Of a stretch of DNA of 64,000 nucleotides, positions 34,310 through 42,907 are shown piece after piece (positions within the stretch are counted from its first letter, which is position 1; each line of letters begins with the position of its first letter). This stretch comes from an uncultured Eubacteriales bacterium (GTDB lineage Bacteria > Bacillota > Clostridia > Christensenellales > CAG-138), in assembly GCA_902801845.1 (NCBI GenBank), contig CADCJW010000002.1, positions 305,627-369,626 on the forward strand, read 5' to 3'. The notes beneath the pieces were generated by a model. That model saw only the letters and a list, made by a program, of their open reading frames with translations, did not search any database and was not told where the DNA came from. Both the position numbers and the translations under genes were made by a program.

Positions 34310-36214
34310 ATGATCATCACATTCCCCGACGGATCCCAACGGGAATACCAGAACGGCTCGACGGCGCTGGACATCGCCGCCAGCATCAGCCCTCGGCTCG
34401 CCAAGGCCACCTTGGGCTGCGCCATCGACGGCGAGCGGGCGGACGCCTTTCGCCCCATCGACAGGGACTGCTCCCTGAAGCTCCTCACCTTCGAGGACGC
34501 GGACGGCCGCTGGACGCTGCGGCACACGGGCTCCCATATCCTGGCCCAGGCCGTGAAGCGCCTGTTCCCCGAGACCAAGCTGGCCATCGGCCCCGCCATC
34601 GATAACGGGTTCTATTATGACTTCGACCGGGACGAGTCCTTCACGCCGGAGGACCTGGAGAAGATCGAGAAGGAGATGAACAAGATCATCGCCGAGAACC
34701 TGAAGGAGGAGCGGTTCGAACTGCCCCGGGCGGAGGCCATCGCCTTCATGAAGGAGCGGCAGGAGCCCTATAAGGTGGAGCTCATCGAGGACCTGCCCGA
34801 GGACGCCGTCATCAGCTTCTACCGGCAGGGGGACTTCGTGGACCTGTGCGCGGGCCCTCACGTCATCTCCACGGGCAAGGTGAAGAACGTGAAGATCATG
34901 TCCATCGCCGGCGCCTACTGGCGGGGCAGCGAAAAGAATAAGATGCTCCAGCGCATCTACGCCACGGCCTTCGAGAAGAAGGCGGACCTGGACGAGTACA
35001 TCCAGCGCATCGAGGAAGCGAAGAAGCGGGACCACCGGAAGCTGGGCCGGGAGCTGGGCCTGTTCGCCTTCCGGGATGAGGCCCCCGGCATGCCCTTCTA
35101 TCTGCCCAAGGGCATGGTTTTGAAGAACGTGCTGCAGAACTACTGGCGCGAAGTCCACAAGAAATGGGAGTATTTGGAGATCTCCACGCCCCAGATCATG
35201 CGCCGGACCCTGTGGGAGACCTCCGGACACTGGGATCATTACAAGCAGAACATGTACACGACGGTCATCGACGGAGAGGATTTCGCCGTGAAGCCCATGA
35301 ACTGCCCCGGCAGCATCCTGGTCTATGGTCTGGAGCCCCACTCCTATCGGGAGCTGCCCCTTCGCTACGGCGAGATGGGTCTCGTGCATCGGCACGAGCT
35401 GTCCGGAGCGCTCCACGGCATGTTCCGGGTCCGCTGCTTCACCCAGGACGACGCCCACATCCTGCTGGCTCCCGAGCAGATCAAGGACGAGGTGGTCCGC
35501 ATCACCAAGCTCTTTGACGAGGTCTACAGCCTCTTTGGCCTCCCCTACACCATCGAGCTGTCCACCATGCCCGAGGACCACATCGGTTCCGTAGAGGATT
35601 GGGACATCGCCACCAAGGCCCTTTCCGACGCCATCGAGAGCCTGGGCAAGACCTACGTCATCAACGAGGGCGACGGCGCCTTCTACGGACCCAAGCTGGA
35701 CTTCCATATCGAGGACTGTCTGGGCCGTACCTGGCAGTGCGGCACGATCCAGCTGGATTACCAGCTGCCCGGCCGGTTCGATCTCGAATACACCGGCGCT
35801 GACGGCGAGAAGCACACGCCCGTCATGATCCACCGGGTGGTCTTCGGATCCATCGAGCGGTTCATCGGCGTCATCACGGAGCACTTCGCCGGCGCATTCC
35901 CCACCTGGCTCGCTCCGGTGCAGGTGAAGGTGCTGCCCCTGACGGATCGGACGCTGCAGGCCTCCAAGGGCATCGCCGCCCAACTGGACAAGGCGGGCAT
36001 CCGGGTGGAGGTGGACGATCGGAACGAGAAGCTGGGCTACAAGATCCGGGAAGCCCAGCTCCAGAAGGTGCCCTACATGCTGGTCATCGGCGATCGGGAC
36101 GTGGAGAACGGCGTGGTTTCCGTCCGCTCCCGGTCCAAGGGCGATCTGGGCGCCATGCCTCTGGCCGACTTTATGGCCATCGTCCAAAAGGAGATCGAGA
36201 CCAAGGCCCTGTAA
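34310..36214 (+). CDS. thrS: Threonine--tRNA ligase
   Basis: Start at ATG 34310. TGS domain N-terminus (MIITFPDGS), the second additional domain, class II core motifs, and a C-terminal anticodon-binding domain. Confidence 0.9.
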   Translation: MIITFPDGSQREYQNGSTALDIAASISPRLAKATLGCAIDGERADAFRPIDRDCSLKLLTFEDADGRWTLRHTGSHILAQAVKRLFPETKLAIGPAIDNGFYYDFDRDESFTPEDLEKIEKEMNKIIAENLKEERFELPRAEAIAFMKERQEPYKVELIEDLPEDAVISFYRQGDFVDLCAGPHVISTGKVKNVKIMSIAGAYWRGSEKNKMLQRIYATAFEKKADLDEYIQRIEEAKKRDHRKLGRELGLFAFRDEAPGMPFYLPKGMVLKNVLQNYWREVHKKWEYLEISTPQIMRRTLWETSGHWDHYKQNMYTTVIDGEDFAVKPMNCPGSILVYGLEPHSYRELPLRYGEMGLVHRHELSGALHGMFRVRCFTQDDAHILLAPEQIKDEVVRITKLFDEVYSLFGLPYTIELSTMPEDHIGSVEDWDIATKALSDAIESLGKTYVINEGDGAFYGPKLDFHIEDCLGRTWQCGTIQLDYQLPGRFDLEYTGADGEKHTPVMIHRVVFGSIERFIGVITEHFAGAFPTWLAPVQVKVLPLTDRTLQASKGIAAQLDKAGIRVEVDDRNEKLGYKIREAQLQKVPYMLVIGDRDVENGVVSVRSRSKGDLGAMPLADFMAIVQKEIETKAL

Positions 36215-36231
36215 CGGAAAGAACATAAAGG

Positions 36232-36262
36232 AAGCCGCTGCCCGAAAGCAGCGGCTTTTTTC
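36232..36262 (+). terminator. thrS intrinsic terminator
   Basis: AAGCCGCTGC-ccgaaa-GCAGCGGCTT followed by a T-run. Confidence 0.8.
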
Positions 36263-36285
36263 TTCAGATCCTGTCGTCCCGTTTG

Positions 36286-36323
36286 TGGTTCTCTTCTTTG
36301 GTTCCTTTTAGAAAAAAGAACAC
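36286..36323 (+). repeat. Intergenic hairpin repeat, copy 5 (degenerate; hairpin tip deleted)
   Basis: GTGGTTCTCTTCTTTGGTTCCTTTTaGAAAAAAGAACAC aligns with the consensus flank and outer stem, but the central TCTCTTC-acc-GAAGAG is missing. Confidence 0.6.
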
Positions 36324-36332
36324 AGGCATTCT

Positions 36333-37526
36333 CTATATCAGCGAAAGCAGCACGAACAGCCAGTGGGCCGCGATGCCGGCGCAGAAGCCGCCCACGGTGT
36401 GACAGAGGATGGATTTACCCACCAGCTCGTTGCAATGGAGCATGTCCATCATGGACACGTGGGTGGAAAGATACCCACTCCAGCACATGCACATGCCGGT
36501 GAACACGGCCACGTCGTTGGCGCCGGCGGCCCCTTCGCGAAGGAGCTCCGGCACCATGCCCAATGACGCGCCGGCGGACCCAAGGGCCGTGATGGGCACG
36601 GACACGCAGGCGGAGGAGGCGAACCCGAAGAGAGGCTTGAAGAGGAACTGGAGCTTATCCCCCAGCATGGGCAGGATGCGGATGCCCTCGTAGGCCGCGC
36701 CGGTGTAGGTGCCGTCGGCGGCGGGGCCGTAGGTCAGCATCATGACCACGGTGCAGATGACCAGCACCCCGGGGATGATCCCCAAACCCAGCTCCACGCC
36801 ATTCTTGCCGCCCTCCATGAGGGCATTGAGGAGCCGCAGCATGAACCCCTTCTTAGGCTTGTTCTCCTCGTCGGTCATCTGCCCCATCTCCCGGGGGGAC
36901 AGGGCCAGGGTCTCCGTGCCGTAAAATTTCTTGGAAAAGTGGAGGAGCATCCGGGTGCTGATGACGCTGCCCGCCACCGCGCCCAAATTCCCGCACAGGA
37001 CCGCCTTGCCCAGGCTCATCCCCGTCACGGCGGACAGGCCCGCCATATAGCTGGTGACGATGAGGCCCATACCGAAGGCCGTGCCCAGGTTGGTCAGGGC
37101 CGGGATCTGATACGCCTTGAAGTATCGCCGGTACTGCTGCTCCTTGGCCAGGGCCAGGATGGATGGGTTGTCGGAAAAATAGGTGGACACTATGCCCAGG
37201 GCCGCCGCCCCGGGCATGCCGTACAGGGGCTTCATAAGGGGCGAGAGCAGGAAGTTGAAAAGCTCCAGCACGCCGAACTCCGTCAGCATCTCGGACAGGG
37301 CCCCCGCCAGCACGGCGATGGCCATGATGTAGAACACCGTATCCAGCAAAATACGGTAGGCGGTGTTCATCATGGTGTTGATGGCGTTGGTCATGCCCAT
37401 GGGCACCATGAACAGGGCCATGAACCCCAAAAATACCGCTAAGAACAGGGTGCTTTTCAGCAAATTCTTCCCCGTCACCATCCGCTGCTGCCGCAGGGCC
37501 TCTCGTTTTTCGTCAAAAGATGGCAT
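36333..37526 (-). CDS. Nucleoside-recognition (Gate) domain membrane protein, YjiH/YjiG-like
   Basis: 397-aa polytopic protein. Last gene of the glutaminase operon. RBS GGGAGAG. Confidence 0.55.
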   Translation of the reverse strand: MPSFDEKREALRQQRMVTGKNLLKSTLFLAVFLGFMALFMVPMGMTNAINTMMNTAYRILLDTVFYIMAIAVLAGALSEMLTEFGVLELFNFLLSPLMKPLYGMPGAAALGIVSTYFSDNPSILALAKEQQYRRYFKAYQIPALTNLGTAFGMGLIVTSYMAGLSAVTGMSLGKAVLCGNLGAVAGSVISTRMLLHFSKKFYGTETLALSPREMGQMTDEENKPKKGFMLRLLNALMEGGKNGVELGLGIIPGVLVICTVVMMLTYGPAADGTYTGAAYEGIRILPMLGDKLQFLFKPLFGFASSACVSVPITALGSAGASLGMVPELLREGAAGANDVAVFTGMCMCWSGYLSTHVSMMDMLHCNELVGKSILCHTVGGFCAGIAAHWLFVLLSLI

Positions 37527-37544
37527 GGGCTCTCCCTCTCTCCA

Positions 37545-38471
37545 TCAGAATAGCCGAATGTCCATGGCCTTGGCCAGATATTCCAGCATGGCGATGCCTG
37601 CCACGCTGTTGCCCCGCCCGTCCAGGGCCGGGCCGAACACGCCGATGCCCATCCGATCCAGCATGGCCGAGGCGATGCCGCCGCCCACCCCGCTCTTGGA
37701 AGGGAATCCCACCTTCACGGCGAACTCCCCGGACCCTTCATACATGCCGCAGGTGACCATGAGGGCTCGGATGATCCGGGCATGCTCCGCCGCCATGAGC
37801 CTTTCCCCGGTGACCGGATCCACGCCCCGGTTGGCCAGGACCAGCGCCAAATGGGCGATATCCTCCGCCGTTACATACAGGGAGCACATGCGGAAGTACA
37901 CATCCAGGTTCTCCCCCACATCCCCCTCCAGCATTTTGGTGGCCTTCAGGTGATAGGCCAGGGCCCGGTTCTTATCCCCGGTCTCCCGCTCGGACAGATA
38001 CGCCTCCCCGCAGAGAGAGATGCCCTTGGAGCCGCACAGCTTTTCAAAGAATCGGAACAGCCGCTCGAACTTCTCCGTGCCGGTGCGCCCCTTGATGGCC
38101 CCCACCACGGCGATAGCGCCGGCGTTGATGAAGGGGTTATAGGGCTTTTTGTCCGTTTCCAGGCGAATGATGGAGTTGAAAGGGTCCCCCGTGGGCTCCA
38201 GGCCCACCCGACCGGAGAACAGATACTTTTCCCCCCGATCCTGCAGGGCCAGGGCCAGAGCCACCACCTTGGCGATGCTCTGAACGGTGAAGCGGGTTTG
38301 GGCGTCCCCGGCTGAAAGGCGCTGCCCGTCCGCCGTCTGAACCGAGATCCCCACAAGATCCCGGTCCACATGGCGAAGGTAGGGAATATATTGGGCTGTT
38401 TTCCCCTGGCTGGTGAAGGTGCGTCCGTAGGCGAGGGCCTCCTCCAGCATGGCTTGGGTGATATTGGGCAT
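37545..38471 (-). CDS. glsA: Glutaminase A
   Basis: 308 aa. The YIPYL, SIAKV (serine-lysine catalytic motif context) and KSGVGGGI motifs are typical of the glutaminase family. Confidence 0.9.
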   Translation of the reverse strand: MPNITQAMLEEALAYGRTFTSQGKTAQYIPYLRHVDRDLVGISVQTADGQRLSAGDAQTRFTVQSIAKVVALALALQDRGEKYLFSGRVGLEPTGDPFNSIIRLETDKKPYNPFINAGAIAVVGAIKGRTGTEKFERLFRFFEKLCGSKGISLCGEAYLSERETGDKNRALAYHLKATKMLEGDVGENLDVYFRMCSLYVTAEDIAHLALVLANRGVDPVTGERLMAAEHARIIRALMVTCGMYEGSGEFAVKVGFPSKSGVGGGIASAMLDRMGIGVFGPALDGRGNSVAGIAMLEYLAKAMDIRLF

Positions 38472-38474
38472 AGA

Positions 38475-38957
38475 TCAGGCGTTGTAATACTTGTCGAACT
38501 CGGCGGGATGGGGGATCTTCCCGATCTCCACACATTCCTTCCGCTTCTCGGCGATGAAATTCTTCAGCAGATGCTCCGGGAACACGCCGCCCCGGGTGAG
38601 GTATTCATGGTCCGCCTCCAGGGCATCCAGGGCCTGATCCAGGGAGGTGGGCAGGTGATGGAGCTTGGCCTTCTCCTCATCGGAAAGGCTGTAGAGGTTC
38701 ATATCATAGGGAACCCAGCCGTTCTCATGGGGGTCGATTTTGTTCTGGATGCCGTCCAGGCCCGCCATGAGCAGCGCTGCATAGCCATAGTTGGAGGCGT
38801 CGAAGCCCACGCCGTCCGTCATCATGTCCTCGCTGAAGTTTTCCGCAGGGATGGTCACATGGCGGAACTGCCCGTGAATATCCACCATCTTGAAGTCCAC
38901 CATCTGGATGTCCTCGTCCCGCAGTAGCCGCAGGATGTCCTGCACCGCGTTCGCCAT
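38475..38957 (-). CDS. 160-aa glutamine-synthetase-derived protein: GS N-terminal beta-grasp segment fused in frame to the GS C-terminal helical tail, with the catalytic core absent
   Basis: ATG 38957 with RBS AGGAGG and its own promoter. The N-terminus (DIQMVDFKMVDIHGQFRHVTIP...DGVGFDASN) is GS-N-like. The C-terminus (AALLMAGLDGIQNKIDP...LPTSLDQALDALEADHEYLTRGGVFPE...) is GS-C-terminus-like. The upstream 276 codons of the track ORF are an artefact. Confidence 0.65.
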   Translation of the reverse strand: MANAVQDILRLLRDEDIQMVDFKMVDIHGQFRHVTIPAENFSEDMMTDGVGFDASNYGYAALLMAGLDGIQNKIDPHENGWVPYDMNLYSLSDEEKAKLHHLPTSLDQALDALEADHEYLTRGGVFPEHLLKNFIAEKRKECVEIGKIPHPAEFDKYYNA

Positions 38958-39030
38958 GATCTGCCTCCTGTAAAGATTTTTTGTGCGCTTTCGATCCGCC
39001 GCCGTCGAGTTTTTGGGGCTTTCTGGTCCC

Positions 39031-39059
39031 ATTGTAGCACGGCTCCCACAAAGCGCAAG
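39031..39059 (-). promoter_or_regulatory. Promoter of the mini-GS / glsA operon
   Basis: On the minus strand: TTGCGC, 17-nt spacer, TACAAT, with an extended TGc. Confidence 0.55.
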
Positions 39060-39080
39060 AGCTTTTCTTTCCCGGGGATG

Positions 39081-39120
39081 AATATATAATTCGCCCCTTT
39101 CCTCCGGGAAAAGGGGCGAA
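39081..39120 (-). terminator. Terminator after the Opp-1 operon (DUF3899 gene)
   Basis: TTCGCCCCTTT...AAAGGGGCGAA stem followed by a T-rich tract on the minus strand. Confidence 0.65.
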
Positions 39121-39148
39121 ACGGAACCATGTGCAGGGTAGGCAGCGC

Positions 39149-39571
39149 CTATGGATACAGGCGGCTGAACCGCACTGTCAGCAGGATGCCCACGATCAGG
39201 AACAGGAGGCCGACGAAGAACAGGCAGCCGTAGCCGGTGACCTTCTTCTTGGCCCGCCGCTTGACGAACTCCCGATAGGGCACGTACTCCGAGCGAAGGA
39301 AGGGCAAGAAGATCTCCTTCCCCCGCTTGAGCCCGAACAGGACCCCGTTGAAGGCCCCCTGCCCGCTGACAAACAGGACCCCCGCCACCAGCACCAGCAG
39401 CGCCCCGGGGACGGAAAACCCGTCGCAGAGGATCCGAGCTCGATCCATGGGGTCTTCCGCCTTCCAGTATCCGCTGATGGTCAGAACCGCCAGCAGCAGC
39501 CCCACCGCCACGGCCAGGGTGATACCATAGGAGGCCAGCTTTGCCTTTATCCCGCCCTGCTCCTTGTTCAA
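39149..39571 (-). CDS. DUF3899-like small membrane protein, translationally coupled to the Opp-1 ATPase
   Basis: 140 aa, 4 TM. TTG start overlaps the upstream TGA (TTGA), with AAGGAG 8 nt upstream. The central basic loop ..GLKRG..F.P is typical of the family. Confidence 0.5.
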   Translation of the reverse strand: MNKEQGGIKAKLASYGITLAVAVGLLLAVLTISGYWKAEDPMDRARILCDGFSVPGALLVLVAGVLFVSGQGAFNGVLFGLKRGKEIFLPFLRSEYVPYREFVKRRAKKKVTGYGCLFFVGLLFLIVGILLTVRFSRLYP

Positions 39572-40752
39572 CGGCAGTACTCCTTCTTATACTTCGCTTC
39601 CTCGGCGTCGTTGCAATAGACGAAGTGGCCGGGAAGGATCTCCCGCATGGTGGGCTTCTGAACGCTGTAGTCGTGCTCGGCGATGGCGTTGTAGATGATG
39701 CGGGTCCGCTTTTTCTCCGAACGGGGATCGGGCAAAGGTATGGCGGACAGGAGGGACCGGGTATAGGGGTGCATGGGATGGGCAAAGAGCTCCTCCGTCT
39801 CCGCCAGCTCCACCATGTTGCCGTAGTACATGACGCCGATCCGGCCCGAGAAGTATTTGACCACGGACAGATCGTGGGCGATGAACAGGATGGTGAGGCC
39901 CAGCCGTTCCCGCAGCTCGTTCAGAAGGTTGATGACCTGGGCCTGAATGGACACGTCCAGGGCGGAGATGGGCTCGTCGGCGATGAGCAGCTCCGGGTTC
40001 ATGACGATGGACCGGGCGATGCCGATGCGCTGCCGCTGGCCGCCGGAGAACTCGTGGGGGTACCGACCCGCATGCTCCCGGACCAGGCCCACCAGCTCCA
40101 ACATCTCGTAGACCTTCTCGTCGATGTAGGCCTTGTCCTTGATGCCGTTGATGACCAGGCCCTCGGAGATGATCTCCCGAACCGTCATACGGGGGTCCAA
40201 GGAGGCCACCGGATCCTGATAGATCATCTGGATCTGGGTGATGAGCTTGGTGTTCTTGGCCACCCGCAGGGCGTCCTTATACTCCTTTTCCAGCTTGGGA
40301 CGGTCCTGGGCGGAGCAGTTCTTTAGCTTCTCCTCGTACTTGGCCTTGGTCTCCTCCACCAGCTTCTTGGCGTATTCCTTGTCAGAATTCTTGTGGTCGA
40401 ACTTGGCCCGCTTGATCTGCTCCTTGTTGTCGGCGATGATCTTGTCGAGCTCAGCAAGACGGGCAGAATCCGTGCAGCCCTTCTTCTCCTTCCGGGCTTC
40501 CTGGATGGCGTCCTTGTAGGACTTGATGCCGGCGCAGATGCGCTGGCCCTTGAAGTAGATGTTGCCGGAGGTGATGTCATAGATCTTGATGATGGAACGG
40601 CCGGTGGTGGTCTTGCCGCAGCCGGACTCGCCCACAAGGCCGAAGACCTCGCCCTTGTAGATGTCGAAGCTCACGTTGTCCACGGCCTTGGTAGGTCCGA
40701 AGTATTGGCAGAGATTCTCTACTTTCAGCAGCACTTCTCGATCATTAGCCAT
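39568..40752 (-). CDS. Opp/Dpp-type ABC ATPase (OppF-like) with an insertion of about 90 aa
   Basis: Walker A GESGCGKTT, signature FSGGQRQR, Walker B LLIADEP. A K/E-rich segment (about aa 75-168) lies between the Walker A region and the Q-loop. This segment is absent from the paralog at 48821..49795. Confidence 0.8.
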   Translation of the reverse strand: MANDREVLLKVENLCQYFGPTKAVDNVSFDIYKGEVFGLVGESGCGKTTTGRSIIKIYDITSGNIYFKGQRICAGIKSYKDAIQEARKEKKGCTDSARLAELDKIIADNKEQIKRAKFDHKNSDKEYAKKLVEETKAKYEEKLKNCSAQDRPKLEKEYKDALRVAKNTKLITQIQMIYQDPVASLDPRMTVREIISEGLVINGIKDKAYIDEKVYEMLELVGLVREHAGRYPHEFSGGQRQRIGIARSIVMNPELLIADEPISALDVSIQAQVINLLNELRERLGLTILFIAHDLSVVKYFSGRIGVMYYGNMVELAETEELFAHPMHPYTRSLLSAIPLPDPRSEKKRTRIIYNAIAEHDYSVQKPTMREILPGHFVYCNDAEEAKYKKEYCR

Positions 40753-42904
40753 TTTCGGTACCTCCCTCCAGTCTCTCGGTCATGCGGCGGATACGGTCGG
40801 TGATCGCCTTGGGGACCTCCACCTTGGGGGCGTCCGGATGGAGCAGCCAGGTGGCTGCGTAGTGGGTATCCGACACCTTGAAGAAGGGCGGATGCTCCTC
40901 GTAGTCGATCTGCATGGCGAACTTGTTCCGGGCCGCGAAGGCGTCGCCCTTGGGCGGATAGATCATGTTGGGCGGGGTGCCGGGGATGGCATCCAGCTTC
41001 TCCTTGGTGTCCAGATCCGGCATGGAGCTGAGCAGCGCCCAGGTGTAGGGATGGCGAGGATCGTAGAAGATATCGTCCGCCGTGCCGTACTCCACGATCT
41101 TGCCGGCGTACATGACGGCGATATCGTCCGCCATGTTGGCCACCACGCCCAAATCGTGGGTGATGAAGATGATGGACAGGCCACGCTCCGCCTTCAGGCG
41201 ATTGATGAGCTCCAGGATCTGGGACTGGATCGTCACGTCCAGAGCCGTGGTGGGCTCGTCGCAAATCAGGATATCCGGGTTGGCAGCCAGGGCGATGGCG
41301 ATGACGATACGCTGCCGCATACCGCCGGAGAACTCGAAGGGATACTGGGTATAGCGCAGACGGGGCTCGTGGATGCCCACCTCCTCCATGAGCTTGATGG
41401 CCTTTTCCTTGGCCATGCTCTTGGTGACCCGGTAGACCACTTCGGAGGCCTTGCTCTTGAAGTGGTTCACCAGCTTTTGGCTCCTGTCATGGTAGTCCAT
41501 GGCGGGGGCGGCGGCGATGTATTCCTCGTAGTGCTCCTTCAGCCGGTCGATGATGGTGAGGATGTTGGCCCGCAGCTCCTCCTTCTCGTAGACCACCTTG
41601 GGAACCACCTTCCAGGTGACGTTCTTGCCCCGGGCAATGAGCTGCTCCCGCCGCTTGGTCTGGCGAGCAAAGCGCGCTTCCTCCTTGGGGTTCCGCTTGA
41701 GGTAGTAGAAGTAGTTCTTGATGGCGTTGGAAAGAGCGTTGCGGAAGGTGTAGGCCCGGCTGTCCTTGATGTATTCCAGCTGGTCGATGGAAGCTTCGAT
41801 CTCGTCGGAAAGGGCCTTGCACTTTGCCTTGGCGTCGGCCTTGGTGAAGTCGGTACTGAAGAAGGCGTGGGCCTCATCCAGCATGGGCAGCACGGCGATC
41901 TTCTTATTCAGCGCGGTCTCGTAGGAATAGGTGACGGCCTTCTCCTCCACCTCGCGGAACCGGTCCAGGAACTTCTCGTTCATGAACTTGCGTGCTTCGG
42001 TCTCCAGCTCGCTCTGGGGCCGATCCAGCTTGGCCTCGGGATCGAAGAGCTTGTAGTAGGCGATGCTGACGAAGTCGGGCCGCTCCTTGCCGGTGAGCTC
42101 CTTGAGCAGGGTCTCCAGCTTCTGCATGACCTCCACAGCGCCGGTCACGTCCCCGGTCTTGGGCACGTAGGCACGGGCTGCGTCGCCCAGCTCGTTCCCC
42201 AGGCTCTCCATCTGCTCCTCCATGCCCCGGGTAAGGAAGGGGTTACGGATCTTATGGAGCCGGGACTTGTAATCCCGCAGCAGGCCCTTCACGTCCAGCT
42301 TCTGCTTTTTCTCCGCCTTGAAGAGGAAGTCCTCGGTATAGGAAAGCAGGTCCGCCGCGCCGGTGTAGGCGATGTTGTAAGCGTTCTCCAGATGGTTCGC
42401 TTCGATGCAGGTCTTGTTGAAGGTCTTGCACAGCTCGTCGGCCTCGGCGGCGTTGTTCTGACCCAGGGCGGCCACCATGCACTTCTTCAGGATAGCCAAA
42501 CGGTCGTTGAACTCCTTCTTGGCCTCCCGACGGTTGGTGCTGCTCTTGAGGAGCATGGCCTCGGTGATCTGCTTGCCGATCTTCACGATGGGATCCAGGG
42601 AGGACAGGGGGTCCTGGAAGATCATGGAGATCTTGTCGCCCCGGATGTTGTGGAAGTCCTCCTCGCTGATCTTCAGCAGGTCCTTGCCGTCGTAGAGGAT
42701 CTCGCCGCCCTCGATGATGGTGTTGCCGGCCAGAATGCCCAATATGGCCTTGGCCGTCACGGACTTGCCCGAACCGGACTCGCCCACGATGGCCAGGGTC
42801 TTGCCCCGCTTCAGGTCGAAGGAGATGTCCCGCACGGCCTTCAGGGTGCCGGCCTGGGTACGGAAGGATATCTTCAGGTTTTTGACTTCTAAAATGTTAT
42901 CCAT
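40745..42904 (-). CDS. Opp/Dpp-type ABC ATPase (OppD-like), 719 aa, with an insertion of about 370 aa
   Basis: Walker [10 protein letters not shown]-loop FQDP, signature FSGGMRQR, Walker B LICDEP. About 370 extra residues lie between ITEAMLL and SMAKEKAIKLMEEVGI. The paralog at 49785..50858 has 6 residues there. Confidence 0.8.
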   Translation of the reverse strand: MDNILEVKNLKISFRTQAGTLKAVRDISFDLKRGKTLAIVGESGSGKSVTAKAILGILAGNTIIEGGEILYDGKDLLKISEEDFHNIRGDKISMIFQDPLSSLDPIVKIGKQITEAMLLKSSTNRREAKKEFNDRLAILKKCMVAALGQNNAAEADELCKTFNKTCIEANHLENAYNIAYTGAADLLSYTEDFLFKAEKKQKLDVKGLLRDYKSRLHKIRNPFLTRGMEEQMESLGNELGDAARAYVPKTGDVTGAVEVMQKLETLLKELTGKERPDFVSIAYYKLFDPEAKLDRPQSELETEARKFMNEKFLDRFREVEEKAVTYSYETALNKKIAVLPMLDEAHAFFSTDFTKADAKAKCKALSDEIEASIDQLEYIKDSRAYTFRNALSNAIKNYFYYLKRNPKEEARFARQTKRREQLIARGKNVTWKVVPKVVYEKEELRANILTIIDRLKEHYEEYIAAAPAMDYHDRSQKLVNHFKSKASEVVYRVTKSMAKEKAIKLMEEVGIHEPRLRYTQYPFEFSGGMRQRIVIAIALAANPDILICDEPTTALDVTIQSQILELINRLKAERGLSIIFITHDLGVVANMADDIAVMYAGKIVEYGTADDIFYDPRHPYTWALLSSMPDLDTKEKLDAIPGTPPNMIYPPKGDAFAARNKFAMQIDYEEHPPFFKVSDTHYAATWLLHPDAPKVEVPKAITDRIRRMTERLEGGTENG

Positions 42905-42907
42905 ACA

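Noticed and set aside
38958-39030. A glutamine (glnA-type) riboswitch in the 5' UTR of the mini-GS/glsA operon
   Set aside because: The UTR of about 60 nt lacks the conserved glnA-motif segments I remember (CGUUCA...GGAAGUAGG...GGAACG). No terminator or sequestering helix is evident.
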